Shown one piece after another: positions 1-8,715 of a DNA stretch of 64,000 bases (its first letter is position 1; each line of letters starts with the position of its first letter). This DNA comes from Clostridia bacterium. Lineage in GTDB: Bacteria > Bacillota > Clostridia > Oscillospirales > CAG-382. The stretch is taken from the NCBI GenBank assembly GCA_017434845.1, contig JAFSGD010000060.1:5862-69861 (forward strand). The letters are read 5' to 3'. The position numbers and the translations under genes are program-made. Under the pieces are notes generated by a model that saw only the letters and a list, made by a program, of their open reading frames with translations, did no database searches and was not told the DNA's origin.

Positions 1-836
1 GCGCCGAAAGCCAAACGGCCGAGCCGTGTCATAGGAACGGTTCCGCTTTCGTTGCAGGCAAACACGGCAAGAAATACCGCGCCGCCCGAGAAGAGCACGC
101 TGAATGCGAAATAATTGCTTTCGGCATCGCTTGAGGGGAACACAAGGCCAAGCAGAAGCATCGGCACAAGGAACGAAAGCACGGGGCGCCAATCGCCGCT
201 TCTGCGCACGAAAAGCCAAATTGCCGCAACGAATATTGCGGTTATCGCGATTTCGCCGATATTGCCCGAGGCAAAGCCGTAAAGCTGGGCGAAGATACCG
301 TCTTCATAAACGCTTCCGTCTGCCATATACATAAGCGGTGAGATGACCTTATAGCCATCGACCAACAGCGGATCGAGAGAGATATCGAACGCCGAAAAAT
401 AAGCGAACGGCTTTGTAAAGGTCGTCATATAAGCGGGAAACATAACGTTAAGCGCCGCCGCGGAAAACACAAAGGGGTTAAAAAGCCTTTTCCCGCGAAG
501 AACGCGAAGATTCTTTGCAAGAACCACAAATACCGCGGCAACGGCAGGAAGCCAAAGCGGAACCGAAACGGGCATCATGAAAGCCGCGAAGATTCCGTAA
601 ACAAACGCCCAAAGATCAAGGCTTGCCGAAGGCTGAAGCTTGAAAACAAAGCGCGACACGGCAAAATCCAGCGCAAGCGACATAATAGCGCAAATCAAAC
701 AAATCGTTATCACCCTTGCGCCGAACATGAAAACGCTCCAAACCGCAATAGGCGCCGCGGCGACGAGCCATTCGCCCGCGAACGAAGCGCGGGTTGCGGT
801 TGTGTGGACAAACGGAGCCGAGATTTTGTTTTTCAC
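1..836 (-). CDS. rnfD: RnfD/NqrB-family electron transport membrane subunit, divergent, runs off the window start
   Basis: Translated by hand (absent from the ORF track): GTG at 836 after a GGAGG RBS, overlapping the rnfC stop. MKNKISAPFVHTT...LMPV-like FMMPVSVPLWLP...RLFNP...GNIGE...RRSGDWRP follows the RnfD pattern. Confidence 0.8.
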   Translation of the reverse strand, partial: MKNKISAPFVHTTATRASFAGEWLVAAAPIAVWSVFMFGARVITICLICAIMSLALDFAVSRFVFKLQPSASLDLWAFVYGIFAAFMMPVSVPLWLPAVAAVFVVLAKNLRVLRGKRLFNPFVFSAAALNVMFPAYMTTFTKPFAYFSAFDISLDPLLVDGYKVISPLMYMADGSVYEDGIFAQLYGFASGNIGEIAITAIFVAAIWLFVRRSGDWRPVLSFLVPMLLLGLVFPSSDAESNYFAFSVLFSGGAVFLAVFACNESGTVPMTRLGRLAFG

Positions 837-2104
837 AGCAATACCTCCGGTGCATCATCATCGCTGTCCCTAAGATTACCGGGCTCTTCGGGCAGGAATT
901 TGTCTTTATAATCGCGGCATCCGATAAGCTCAAGCAAAGGAATATTGCTCGGGCAAACGAATTCGCAAGCGCCGCAGGCAACACAGCTTAACGCAAGTTC
1001 TTTTGTCTTTTTTGAAAGCGCCTCGCTCGGAATAAGGTTCATCGGGCAGGCAGAAGCACAGCTTCCGCAACCGATGCAGGCAACCCTTTGCCGCTTTTTC
1101 GGCTTTACCGCAACGAGACAGCTTGTTGCGTTACCGAGCGCTCCGCTTGCCTTGCTTCCGCAAAGCAGGCTGTTTTCAACGAGGAAATTCCCATTAAGCA
1201 AGCCCCCGCAAAGCGTTGCAAGGTCGTGAACGGTTATTCCGCGCGGAACGCAAAGGTTCTTTTCTTCGAGAACGCCGCTTCCGCAAACCGAAACGTATCT
1301 GTCAAGCTGAGGAAAACCGTTTATCATAGCATCGTAAAGCGCAACGGCGGCTTCTATTCCGATTATAAGAACGCCCTTTTCGATAGCCGTTTCGCCTTTT
1401 GCAAGGTCTTTAAGATAAAGCGCATCCATAAGGGTTCGGTCATTATAAGGATAGCGCTCCTCGAGCCTGCCGAACGCAAAAAGCTTTTCGTCGCCGCCAC
1501 ATTCCTCAAGCGCGGCAAACGCGGCGTTGCGGTAATGCTCTGCCGCAAAAACGCATTTAAGCGCACCTATGCAATGCAGAAGCACCTTTGCACCGCCGAC
1601 CGCCGAACGCGCCTTTTCGATGCAAAGACGATAGGCAATGGCAGAGGCAGGATCCCTCTCGGTGCAATCGACTATCAGCCTTTTACAGCCGAGCGCGTGC
1701 TCGAGAAGGCGCCAAAGCGGAAGACCGCTGCGCGAATCGTAAATCGCAAAACGACGGGCGGTGTCGATAATATATTGAGCGTCCATTTCCGTAAGCGAAC
1801 GGCTTTCGGGCATAAACAAGCGTTCCTCGCCCTCTTCGCCGCTGTTCATAACAGTGAAATAGCGCGTTCCCTCTATCTCCAATATGCCTTTAAAAACGCC
1901 CGCAATCGAAGCATAAACCGGGGTTGAATCGGTTTGTCCGATAAGGCTTCCGCGCATTACGGAAGAACCGACCGGAACCGAAAAGCTCGCACTGTCACTT
2001 GCGGGAATACAGCTTACCGAACAGCTTTTATAATATTCAATATCCTTTTTTCCGCAAAAGGTTCGCGAAAGCGGACGCACTCCGCCACGAAATTCAAGGA
2101 TCAT
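833..2104 (-). CDS. rnfC: RnfC-like electron transport subunit, divergent, with two C-terminal 4Fe-4S motifs
   Basis: N-terminal FRGGV, barrel-sandwich segment PVYASIAG, SLBB-like VPRGITV, and CIGCGSCASACP / CVACGACEFVCP; upstream of rnfD. Confidence 0.8.
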   Translation of the reverse strand: MILEFRGGVRPLSRTFCGKKDIEYYKSCSVSCIPASDSASFSVPVGSSVMRGSLIGQTDSTPVYASIAGVFKGILEIEGTRYFTVMNSGEEGEERLFMPESRSLTEMDAQYIIDTARRFAIYDSRSGLPLWRLLEHALGCKRLIVDCTERDPASAIAYRLCIEKARSAVGGAKVLLHCIGALKCVFAAEHYRNAAFAALEECGGDEKLFAFGRLEERYPYNDRTLMDALYLKDLAKGETAIEKGVLIIGIEAAVALYDAMINGFPQLDRYVSVCGSGVLEEKNLCVPRGITVHDLATLCGGLLNGNFLVENSLLCGSKASGALGNATSCLVAVKPKKRQRVACIGCGSCASACPMNLIPSEALSKKTKELALSCVACGACEFVCPSNIPLLELIGCRDYKDKFLPEEPGNLRDSDDDAPEVLL

Positions 2105-2220
2105 TTAAGCATCTCCATTTATATACATATATAAAACACAATAACACAAGTTAAGTATACCACAAAGCTCGTTTTTTTCAAGTATTTATTCAATTTCTTA
2201 AATAATATTCAAAAAATATA

Positions 2221-2249
2221 TTGAAAATGATGTCGAAATGGGTTATAAT
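2221..2249 (+). promoter_or_regulatory. sigma-A promoter for the DUF4364-nth-ttcA operon
   Basis: TTGAAA-17-TATAAT in an AT-rich divergent intergenic region. Confidence 0.6.
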
Positions 2250-2290
2250 GATGTGAAGGTGTATGCAATTTCGAAAAAGGGGGCGATGTT

Positions 2291-2830
2291 GTGAAGCTTG
2301 AAAACAAGATCGACATTAAAGTTTTTATACTTTATCTGCTTAACAACGTCGGCGAGCCTCTTGAATTCACAACCGTTAACGATATCGTTTTGCAAGACGA
2401 GTTCGTCGGCTATTTCGATTTTGCGTTCTGTTTTTCCGAGCTGTTGGAAAGCGGTCAGATAAGCGAATTCGGCGAAAACGAAAACAAGCTTTATTCAATC
2501 TCGCCGTTGGGAAAGGAAACGCTCGAAAGCTATGAAAGCTCTTTGCTTCCCATTATTCGCGAGCGCGCATTGAGAAGCGCGCTGAGGCTTATTGCATTTA
2601 ACCGAAGCGGTAACCGCATTAAAAGCGCAATTACCGAAAACAACGGCGGCTATACGCTCAACTGCTCGATAATCGACAAGGAGAAAACCTTGTTTTCGGT
2701 TGACGTTTTCCTCACCGAAAAGGCTTATGCCGAAAAGCTTCGCGAAAATTTCGAGGAACGCGCCGAGATAATTTTCAGAGGAGCGCTCTCTTTGCTTTCG
2801 GGAGACGTGAACTTTATCTTTGAAGAATAA
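2291..2830 (+). CDS. DUF4364-family winged-helix protein
   Basis: 179 aa, KVFILYLL...YFDF...Y.IS..G.ETL pattern typical of this clostridial family; RBS AAAGGGGG. Confidence 0.7.
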   Translation: MKLENKIDIKVFILYLLNNVGEPLEFTTVNDIVLQDEFVGYFDFAFCFSELLESGQISEFGENENKLYSISPLGKETLESYESSLLPIIRERALRSALRLIAFNRSGNRIKSAITENNGGYTLNCSIIDKEKTLFSVDVFLTEKAYAEKLRENFEERAEIIFRGALSLLSGDVNFIFEE

Positions 2831-3461
2831 ACAAAAGGCTTTTGCCGTTTTAACAGAGCTTAAACAGCTTTATCCTTCGCCCGAATGCGGCTTGCATTGG
2901 CAGGGCGAGCCTTATAGATTGCTTATAATGGCGATTCTTTCGGCACAATGCACCGATGCGCGCGTTAACCTTGTTTCGGAAACGCTTTTTAAGCGTTTTC
3001 CCACGCCGAAGGATATGGCGGATGCCGAGCTTTCGGATATTGAAAAAGAAATACATTCGGTTGGGCTCTATCGCTCGAAGGCGCGTTCGCTTAAGGAATG
3101 CTGTTCGCGCTTGGTTGAGGTTTACGGCGGCATTGTTCCGAGCGAAATGGAAGAGCTTTTAACGCTGCGCGGAGTCGGCAGAAAGGTCGCAAACCTTTTA
3201 AGAGGCGACATTTTCGGGCTCGGCGGCATTGTGGCGGACACGCATTGCATTCGTATTGCGGGCAGGCTTGGGCTTGCCGGCGGAAAAGACCCTTTGGAAA
3301 CCGAACGGTCGCTCGAAAAGCTTATTCCCAAGGAAGAGCAAAGCGGATTTTGCCACAGAATCGTTCATTTCGGCAGAGAGATCTGCATAGCACGCTCGCC
3401 GAAATGCGAAAATTGTGTTTTAAGCGGCTTGTGCGATTATAAAAAGCAAAACAAAGGTTAA
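2820..3461 (+). CDS. nth: Endonuclease III
   Basis: ILSAQCTD, HhH GVGRKVAN, VADTH, C-terminal C-x6-C-x2-C-x5-C. Confidence 0.95.
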   Translation: MKNKQKAFAVLTELKQLYPSPECGLHWQGEPYRLLIMAILSAQCTDARVNLVSETLFKRFPTPKDMADAELSDIEKEIHSVGLYRSKARSLKECCSRLVEVYGGIVPSEMEELLTLRGVGRKVANLLRGDIFGLGGIVADTHCIRIAGRLGLAGGKDPLETERSLEKLIPKEEQSGFCHRIVHFGREICIARSPKCENCVLSGLCDYKKQNKG

Positions 3462-3466
3462 AATAT

Positions 3467-4189
3467 ATGGTGGATTCCAAAGCATTGCAGCAGCTTATGT
3501 CTTATACTCGCCGTGCAGTCGATCAGTTTGACATGATAGAGGATGGCGACAGGATCGCGGTTGGCGTTTCGGGCGGCAAAGACAGCCTGGCTTTGCTTTG
3601 TGCGCTGAATGGGCTTTCGCGCTTTTATCCCAAAAAATTCGAGATAGTTCCCGTTAATTTAAGAATGGGCTTTCCCGATGAAGACGATTCGGTATCGCGC
3701 GGGCTTTGCGAAGAGCTTGGGCTTGAGCTTAAAAGCTTTGACAGCGAGATATATTCGGTGGTTTTCGAAATCAGAAAAGAAAAACACCCCTGCTCACTTT
3801 GTGCGAACATGAGGCGAGGTGCGCTTCACTCGGCCGCAAAGGAGCTTGGTTGCAACAAGCTTGCGCTCGGCCATCATTTCGACGATGCGGTAGAAACGAT
3901 CATTATGAATCTTTTTATCGAGGGCAGGTTCGATTGCTTCAACCCCGTAACCTACCTTAGCCGAAGCGATATGACGGTTATTCGTCCCTTGCTTTACACT
4001 CCGGAAAAGGATATTTCGCATTTTATAAGAAAAAGCGGGATAGTTCCCGTTCCGAAAAACTGCCCTGCCGACGGCAACACCAAGCGCGAGGACGCAAAGC
4101 GCGAGCTTGCCGCACTTGAACGCCGCGACAGAGGAGTTAAACAACGCATTTTTAATGCTTTTTTTGCAAAAAAGGAGCAAGAACAATGA
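3467..4189 (+). CDS. ttcA: tRNA 2-thiocytidine biosynthesis TtcA-family protein
   Basis: PP-loop SGGKDS, CSLC, LGHHFDD, IRPL. Confidence 0.9.
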   Translation: MVDSKALQQLMSYTRRAVDQFDMIEDGDRIAVGVSGGKDSLALLCALNGLSRFYPKKFEIVPVNLRMGFPDEDDSVSRGLCEELGLELKSFDSEIYSVVFEIRKEKHPCSLCANMRRGALHSAAKELGCNKLALGHHFDDAVETIIMNLFIEGRFDCFNPVTYLSRSDMTVIRPLLYTPEKDISHFIRKSGIVPVPKNCPADGNTKREDAKRELAALERRDRGVKQRIFNAFFAKKEQEQ

Positions 4190-4818
4190 AAAAGTTTGCA
4201 TTGCTGATTCTTTCGGTTTTAACGGTTGCCGTTATGTTGTTCGTTCCCGCAAATGCAGAGAACAGCGACATCGAGCTTGACATTTCCTATATCATTACCG
4301 AAGATATAAGCAGCATAGAGGATATAGAAGACGCTATTCACGTCAGCAGCATCGAAGATATCGACATTTCGATCAGCGACGAGCTTAAGGACGAAATATC
4401 GCGTGTTCTTGAGGATGGCATCGAGAACCTCGATAAAGACAAGGTCAATGACCTTATCGACAAATACGGTGACGATATAAATAAGGTCATCAACGAATAC
4501 GGCGACGAGATCGTTTCGGAATACGGTGCAGATATCGTTAACAACGTTTTAAACGAGCTTGATTACGAAACCGTAAAAGACCTTTTGGCACGAGTCGGCA
4601 TCAACCTCTCGCTTATTATCGGCATTATCGTCGGTTTTATAGTTTTCGTTATACTTTTATTTATAGCGGTTATCGTTCTTTCGATTCTGCTTATAACCAC
4701 CCGTAAGAAGCTTAAAAGGCTTAAAGCTGAGGCAGAAAAACAGAAATGCCCCGCTTGCAACAGCGTGATCGACAGCTCAGCGCCGTTTTGCAAGAGTTGC
4801 GGAACCAAATTAAGATAA
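4186..4818 (+). CDS. Hypothetical single-pass membrane protein: signal peptide, acidic ectodomain, C-terminal zinc ribbon
   Basis: N-terminal signal ending ANA; long hydrophobic helix; CPAC...CKSCG at the C-terminus. Confidence 0.75.
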   Translation: MKKFALLILSVLTVAVMLFVPANAENSDIELDISYIITEDISSIEDIEDAIHVSSIEDIDISISDELKDEISRVLEDGIENLDKDKVNDLIDKYGDDINKVINEYGDEIVSEYGADIVNNVLNELDYETVKDLLARVGINLSLIIGIIVGFIVFVILLFIAVIVLSILLITTRKKLKRLKAEAEKQKCPACNSVIDSSAPFCKSCGTKLR

Positions 4819-4866
4819 ATATTGAAAAAAATCAATATAAACCTTTCCGAACAGGAGAATCTACTT

Positions 4867-5220
4867 ATGAAAAACACCCCCAAAATTCACCCCAGCGAAT
4901 ACCGTTGCTGCCTTATCGTATGGGAAAAAGAGCCCCTTACCAGCATGGAGCTTGCAAGACTTTGCAAGGAAAACCTTAACTGGTCGAGAACAACCACCTA
5001 CACCGTTTTAAAGCGTCTTCAGGACAGAGGCGTTCTTGTAAACGAAAGAACCATGGTTACCTCTCTTATTCCCAAGGCTGACGTTCAGCTTGACGAGCTC
5101 GATGAGCTTTACAACAAGCGCTTCGAGAATTCTCTTCCCGCTTTCGTTCACGCTGTTGCAACCCTCAGAGGTCTCGACAAGAAGGAAGAGGAAAAGCTTC
5201 TTAAGCTTCTCGACAAATAA
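4867..5220 (+). CDS. BlaI/MecI/CopY-family transcriptional repressor
   Basis: SEY..C.IVWEKEP...W.RTTTYTVLKRL..RG; ATG at 4867 after GGAGA. Confidence 0.85.
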   Translation: MKNTPKIHPSEYRCCLIVWEKEPLTSMELARLCKENLNWSRTTTYTVLKRLQDRGVLVNERTMVTSLIPKADVQLDELDELYNKRFENSLPAFVHAVATLRGLDKKEEEKLLKLLDK

Positions 5221-5245
5221 GCTAAACAAGCAAATTTAAAACCAA

Positions 5246-5289
5246 AAAGGGAAAAAACAGCGACGGAAAACACCGTCGCAACCCTTTTT
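5246..5289 (+). terminator. Probable intrinsic terminator after the BlaI-like gene
   Basis: GCGACGG-aaaaca-CCGTCGC stem followed by a T-rich tail. Confidence 0.55.
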
Positions 5290-5329
5290 GCGCATTTTTT
5301 GCCAAACACTCGCATTTAATTTAACACAA

Positions 5330-5445
5330 TACAGCTTCGGGGCGGGGTGCGATTCCCCACCGGCGGTTACAGTCCGCGCGCGGTTTTTTCCGCATGAATC
5401 GGTGAAATTCCGATACCGACCGTACAGTCGGGATGAGAGAAGCAG
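5330..5445 (+). ncRNA. FMN riboswitch (RFN element)
   Basis: GGGGCGGGGTGCGATTCCCCACCGGCGGT...AGTCCGCG...GGTGAAATTCC...CCGAC.GT..AGTCGGGATGAGAGAAG matches the RFN consensus; lies upstream of ribU. Confidence 0.95.
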
Positions 5446-5472
5446 TCCAAAACGCTTTCTTTGCGTTTTTTC

Positions 5473-5510
5473 ACCCCCGAGGCTTCATCACGCCTTCGGG
5501 GGTTATTTTT
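5473..5510 (+). terminator. Riboswitch expression-platform hairpin (terminator and/or RBS sequester)
   Basis: ACCCCCGAGGC...GCCTTCGGGGGT-TATTTTT directly before the ATG at 5511. Confidence 0.75.
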
Positions 5511-6131
5511 ATGAAAAACAGATTGGTGTATCTTGTTAAAATCAGCGTCCTTGCGGTTATCGCCTCGCTTATAATGCTGCTTGAATTTCCGCTTCCCTTT
5601 GCGCCGCCCTTTTATAAGCTCGATCTGAGCGAGGTTGCGGTACTTATTGCAGGCTTTGCGCTTGGGCCGGTTGCGGGTGTGCTCACCGAGCTTTTCAAAA
5701 TACTTATTAATCTTTTAATGGACGGAACCACCACCGCTTTCGTCGGAGAAGCCGCAAACTTTGCGATCGGCGTTTCGTTTATTCTGCCCGCTTCGCTGAT
5801 ATACAAATATAAAAAAAGTCTTTCGGGCGCGTTGATCGGCATGGCGGCAGGAACCGTTTCGCTGGTTGTTATCGGCGCATTGATAAACTATTTCGTTATG
5901 ATTCCTGCATATTCGAAGTTTCTTATCCCGATGGAAAGCATTATCGCAATGGGCAATTCGGTTAACGTCGGCATCGACAGCCTGCTTACGCTGGTTTTGT
6001 TTGCGACCGTTCCCTTCAACCTCGTTAAAGGGCTTGCCTGCTCGTTGATAACCGCGCTTGTTTATAAACGCATTTCGCCGCTTTTAAAGCCCAAGAAGCA
6101 GATCGCATCAACAAACGAAGCAATCAAATAA
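5511..6131 (+). CDS. ribU: Riboflavin ECF transporter S component
   Basis: EFPLPFAPPFYKLDLSE, GEAANF, PFNLVKG; downstream of an FMN riboswitch. Confidence 0.92.
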   Translation: MKNRLVYLVKISVLAVIASLIMLLEFPLPFAPPFYKLDLSEVAVLIAGFALGPVAGVLTELFKILINLLMDGTTTAFVGEAANFAIGVSFILPASLIYKYKKSLSGALIGMAAGTVSLVVIGALINYFVMIPAYSKFLIPMESIIAMGNSVNVGIDSLLTLVLFATVPFNLVKGLACSLITALVYKRISPLLKPKKQIASTNEAIK

Positions 6132-6217
6132 AAATTTAATCATTTTTCGGTTGATTTGTTAAGCAATTAGGTATATAATCAGTTATGCTACAAAACATTC
6201 TTTAAGGAGATTTTATT

Positions 6218-6406
6218 ATGTCGCTCAAAGATTCTTGGAAATCCACCGGCTCGGGTCTCGGAAATGCTTTTAAAGACCTTGGCAAAACCCTTGTAAAGAC
6301 CGCCTCCACCGCTGTTAACAAGGCAGACGATTGGGCAAACGGCGATGAAAAGGCCGAAGAAAACAAGGAAGAAAAGAAAGAAGAAGCAAAAGAAGAAAAC
6401 AAATAA
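6218..6406 (+). CDS. Small hypothetical protein (62 aa)
   Basis: AAGGAG RBS, TTGATT-17-TATAAT promoter at 6151-6179, terminator at 6414-6452. Confidence 0.8.
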   Translation: MSLKDSWKSTGSGLGNAFKDLGKTLVKTASTAVNKADDWANGDEKAEENKEEKKEEAKEENK

Positions 6407-6413
6407 CTTCCTC

Positions 6414-6452
6414 AGAGCCGAACGGTATTTGCCGATCGGCTCTTCTTTTTTT
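6414..6452 (+). terminator. Intrinsic terminator
   Basis: AGAGCCGA...TCGGCTCT followed by a T run. Confidence 0.75.
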
Positions 6453-6457
6453 GCGGG

Positions 6458-6486
6458 TTGACAAGCGCATTGCACAGAGATATAAT
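6458..6486 (+). promoter_or_regulatory. Consensus sigma-A promoter
   Basis: TTGACA-17-TATAAT. Confidence 0.8.
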
Positions 6487-6519
6487 ATATATGACAACTT
6501 AAAAAGTGAGGAAACAAAT

Positions 6520-7395
6520 ATGAAAAAAGCATTATCGCTTATTCTTGCCGCACTGCTTGTTTGCTGTTCGGTTTTTGCAACCGCCTGCAATGAAGGCGAA
6601 AGCTCCGAAGCGGAAAGCCCTGAAGCGGAAAGCACCGCGCCCGCAACCAAAAAGCTCAGAGTCGGCACCTATAACATCAAGCACGGCGCCGACGTTTCGC
6701 CCGACGACAACACCGATGGCAAGGATGCCAACGCCGATGCGATCAAGGTTATTGCCGAGGACATCAAATCGCTCGACCTTGATATTGTAGGTCTTCAAGA
6801 GATCGACCAGTTCATGACCCGTTCGGGCGATGTTGACACAATGGGTCTTCTTGCCGAGCACACGGGTTACAAATATTATTATTACATAAAAGCCATCGAT
6901 TCCAAATGGAAAGAGGGCGCATCCTGCGGTTCGGGCATTCTTTCGAAATACCCCATCAACGAAGAAACCGCATATTCGATCGAGCTTTCTCACGGCGACA
7001 ATTACGATGAGGTAAGAATGCTTGGCTACGCCGAGATAGACGTTGAAGGAACCACCGTTCATTTCTTCAACACCCACCTCACCCCGCTTGATATCGAAAT
7101 GAGAAACGTTGAGTTTGCAAAAATTGCCGAAAAGGTTACCGAAAAGGATATTTGCATTCTCACGGGCGACTTCAACGTGCCCACCTTTGATGAATTCAAG
7201 GTGCTCACCAACCTGACCAACTTTAACAACGAGGAGCACAAATTCATCACCTATCCCAAGGATCAGAAGTTTATGGATAACATTCTTTATACCTCGAACT
7301 TCACCCCCGTTTATGAAAACAGCGGCGTGCTCGAAAACGGTCATTCCGACCACAGCCTTCTTTACGCCGAATTCGAATACATCCCCAACAACTAA
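6520..7395 (+). CDS. Endonuclease/exonuclease/phosphatase-family lipoprotein
   Basis: Lipobox ATAC; TYNI, GLQE, NTHL, GDFN, D.I, SDH motifs. Confidence 0.9.
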   Translation: MKKALSLILAALLVCCSVFATACNEGESSEAESPEAESTAPATKKLRVGTYNIKHGADVSPDDNTDGKDANADAIKVIAEDIKSLDLDIVGLQEIDQFMTRSGDVDTMGLLAEHTGYKYYYYIKAIDSKWKEGASCGSGILSKYPINEETAYSIELSHGDNYDEVRMLGYAEIDVEGTTVHFFNTHLTPLDIEMRNVEFAKIAEKVTEKDICILTGDFNVPTFDEFKVLTNLTNFNNEEHKFITYPKDQKFMDNILYTSNFTPVYENSGVLENGHSDHSLLYAEFEYIPNN

Positions 7396-7407
7396 AGAGG
7401 CATTAAA

Positions 7408-8325
7408 ATGAAAAAGCTTTTAGCTGTTCTTCTTGCCGCGCTTTTACTTGCTTTTTCGGTCTCCTGCACAGACAGCTCCGATGAAAGCTCGCAAGCCGAA
7501 AGCGTTGGGGAAAGCTCGGATTCTCTGCTTGAAAACGCGAAAAAGGTTTTGCGCTCGCTTGAATACAAAAACATCGGTAAAATGGGCGATACCGACGGTC
7601 CCGCCTTTGCCGTTTATTCAAACGTTGGATTCAGCGCCGCCGAGGTAACGCTTGATATTGCAGGCATGGATATTAACACTCTTATGCCCGACGGCAGATA
7701 CGTTAACGGCTATTCGTTTTTGGGCATTGACGTTTACAACAGCGGCGACTATTGGATGAACTGCGTTGATGCAGGTCTTTGCTGGTCGGGCGCAAAGGGC
7801 GGTTGGCATTTGTTTTATAACCTTTACGAGCCGTTGAACGAAAGCACCCCGACTTGGTATGAATCACGCAGGATCTTGCCAAAAGACGACGTTTACACAA
7901 TGAAGCTTGAGCTTATCGGCAACGACAAAGCACTTTTAACCATCAAAGGCGAAAACAGCGGTAAGACCGATTCGATTGAGCTTGAGGTTAAGGGTGCGCT
8001 TGCAGACGGAAGCAACACCGCGTTTCTTTTCAACACGGCACTTGATTATCCGCCTGATACCAAGCTTGACCAAAACGGCGATCCCACCGAGGATTGGGTT
8101 GAAATAACGCTTGCAAACAGCGATAAGGGCATTAAGCTTCGCGATTTCCGCGCAAGCGGGTTAAAGCTTTTTAAGGGCGAGACCGCAACCGCTTGGAGCG
8201 ATGCCGACACCGCCGCCGTTAGCATTTGGCCCGACAAGACGATCAAAGGCTTTGACTATTCCCCCACCGAAATCGGCGTTATTAACAGCGATGAGTTTTA
8301 TATTAACCTCGATATGAACAGATAA
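7408..8325 (+). CDS. Hypothetical lipoprotein with a beta-rich ectodomain
   Basis: Lipobox SVSC, Ser/Glu-rich linker, host-like codon usage, terminator at 8335-8365. Confidence 0.8.
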   Translation: MKKLLAVLLAALLLAFSVSCTDSSDESSQAESVGESSDSLLENAKKVLRSLEYKNIGKMGDTDGPAFAVYSNVGFSAAEVTLDIAGMDINTLMPDGRYVNGYSFLGIDVYNSGDYWMNCVDAGLCWSGAKGGWHLFYNLYEPLNESTPTWYESRRILPKDDVYTMKLELIGNDKALLTIKGENSGKTDSIELEVKGALADGSNTAFLFNTALDYPPDTKLDQNGDPTEDWVEITLANSDKGIKLRDFRASGLKLFKGETATAWSDADTAAVSIWPDKTIKGFDYSPTEIGVINSDEFYINLDMNR

Positions 8326-8465
8326 CATACCAAAATAAAAACCTCTTTTCGAGGTTTTTATTTTTTTCAAAGCCAAACAACAGTATATTCATCCGTTCGC
8401 CTATGTTTTTTCACAATTTGTATATTCTAACAAAAGCGCACGGCTTATTTCGTTAAACCTCACAA

Positions 8466-8518
8466 TTGACGCAACTCTTTTGTTAGTCTATACTTGTATT
8501 GTAGTATAAGAGAAAGGA
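8466..8518 (+). promoter_or_regulatory. Orphan promoter and RBS
   Basis: TTGACG-17-TATACT (8466-8494) and AGAAAGGA (8511-8518) with no in-frame start codon downstream. Confidence 0.65.
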
Positions 8519-8524
8519 AAACAA

Positions 8525-8656
8525 CTCGGCACATATGAATTAAATGCAGTACAAAACGCAGCAGCAGATATTAACGGAAATGGAACCGTCGATGCAAATG
8601 ACTATGCTCTCATTCAGCGTTTCTGTCTCAGATCATTCTATTTTGCGCCGTATTAA
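8525..8656 (+). pseudogene. Start-less C-terminal half of a type I dockerin domain
   Basis: LGTYELNAVQNAAADINGNGTVDANDYALIQRFCLRSFYFAPY* contains the D-x-N-x-N-G-x-V-D-x-x-D EF-hand-like repeat. The frame is closed upstream by TAA at 8507. Confidence 0.8.
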
Positions 8657-8678
8657 CGCGAAACAAACTAAATAACAC

Positions 8679-8715
8679 AAAACGCTGTTGCGGAAAAATC
8701 CGTAACAGCGTTTTT
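8679..8715 (+). terminator. Intrinsic terminator after the dockerin remnant
   Basis: AAAACGCTGTTGCGG-aaaaat-CCGTAACAGCGTTTTT. Confidence 0.75.

Noticed and set aside
8411-8467. TCACAATT direct repeat (8411, 8460) as a regulator site
   Set aside because: Only 8 bp in AT-rich DNA and 49 bp apart; cannot be distinguished from chance.
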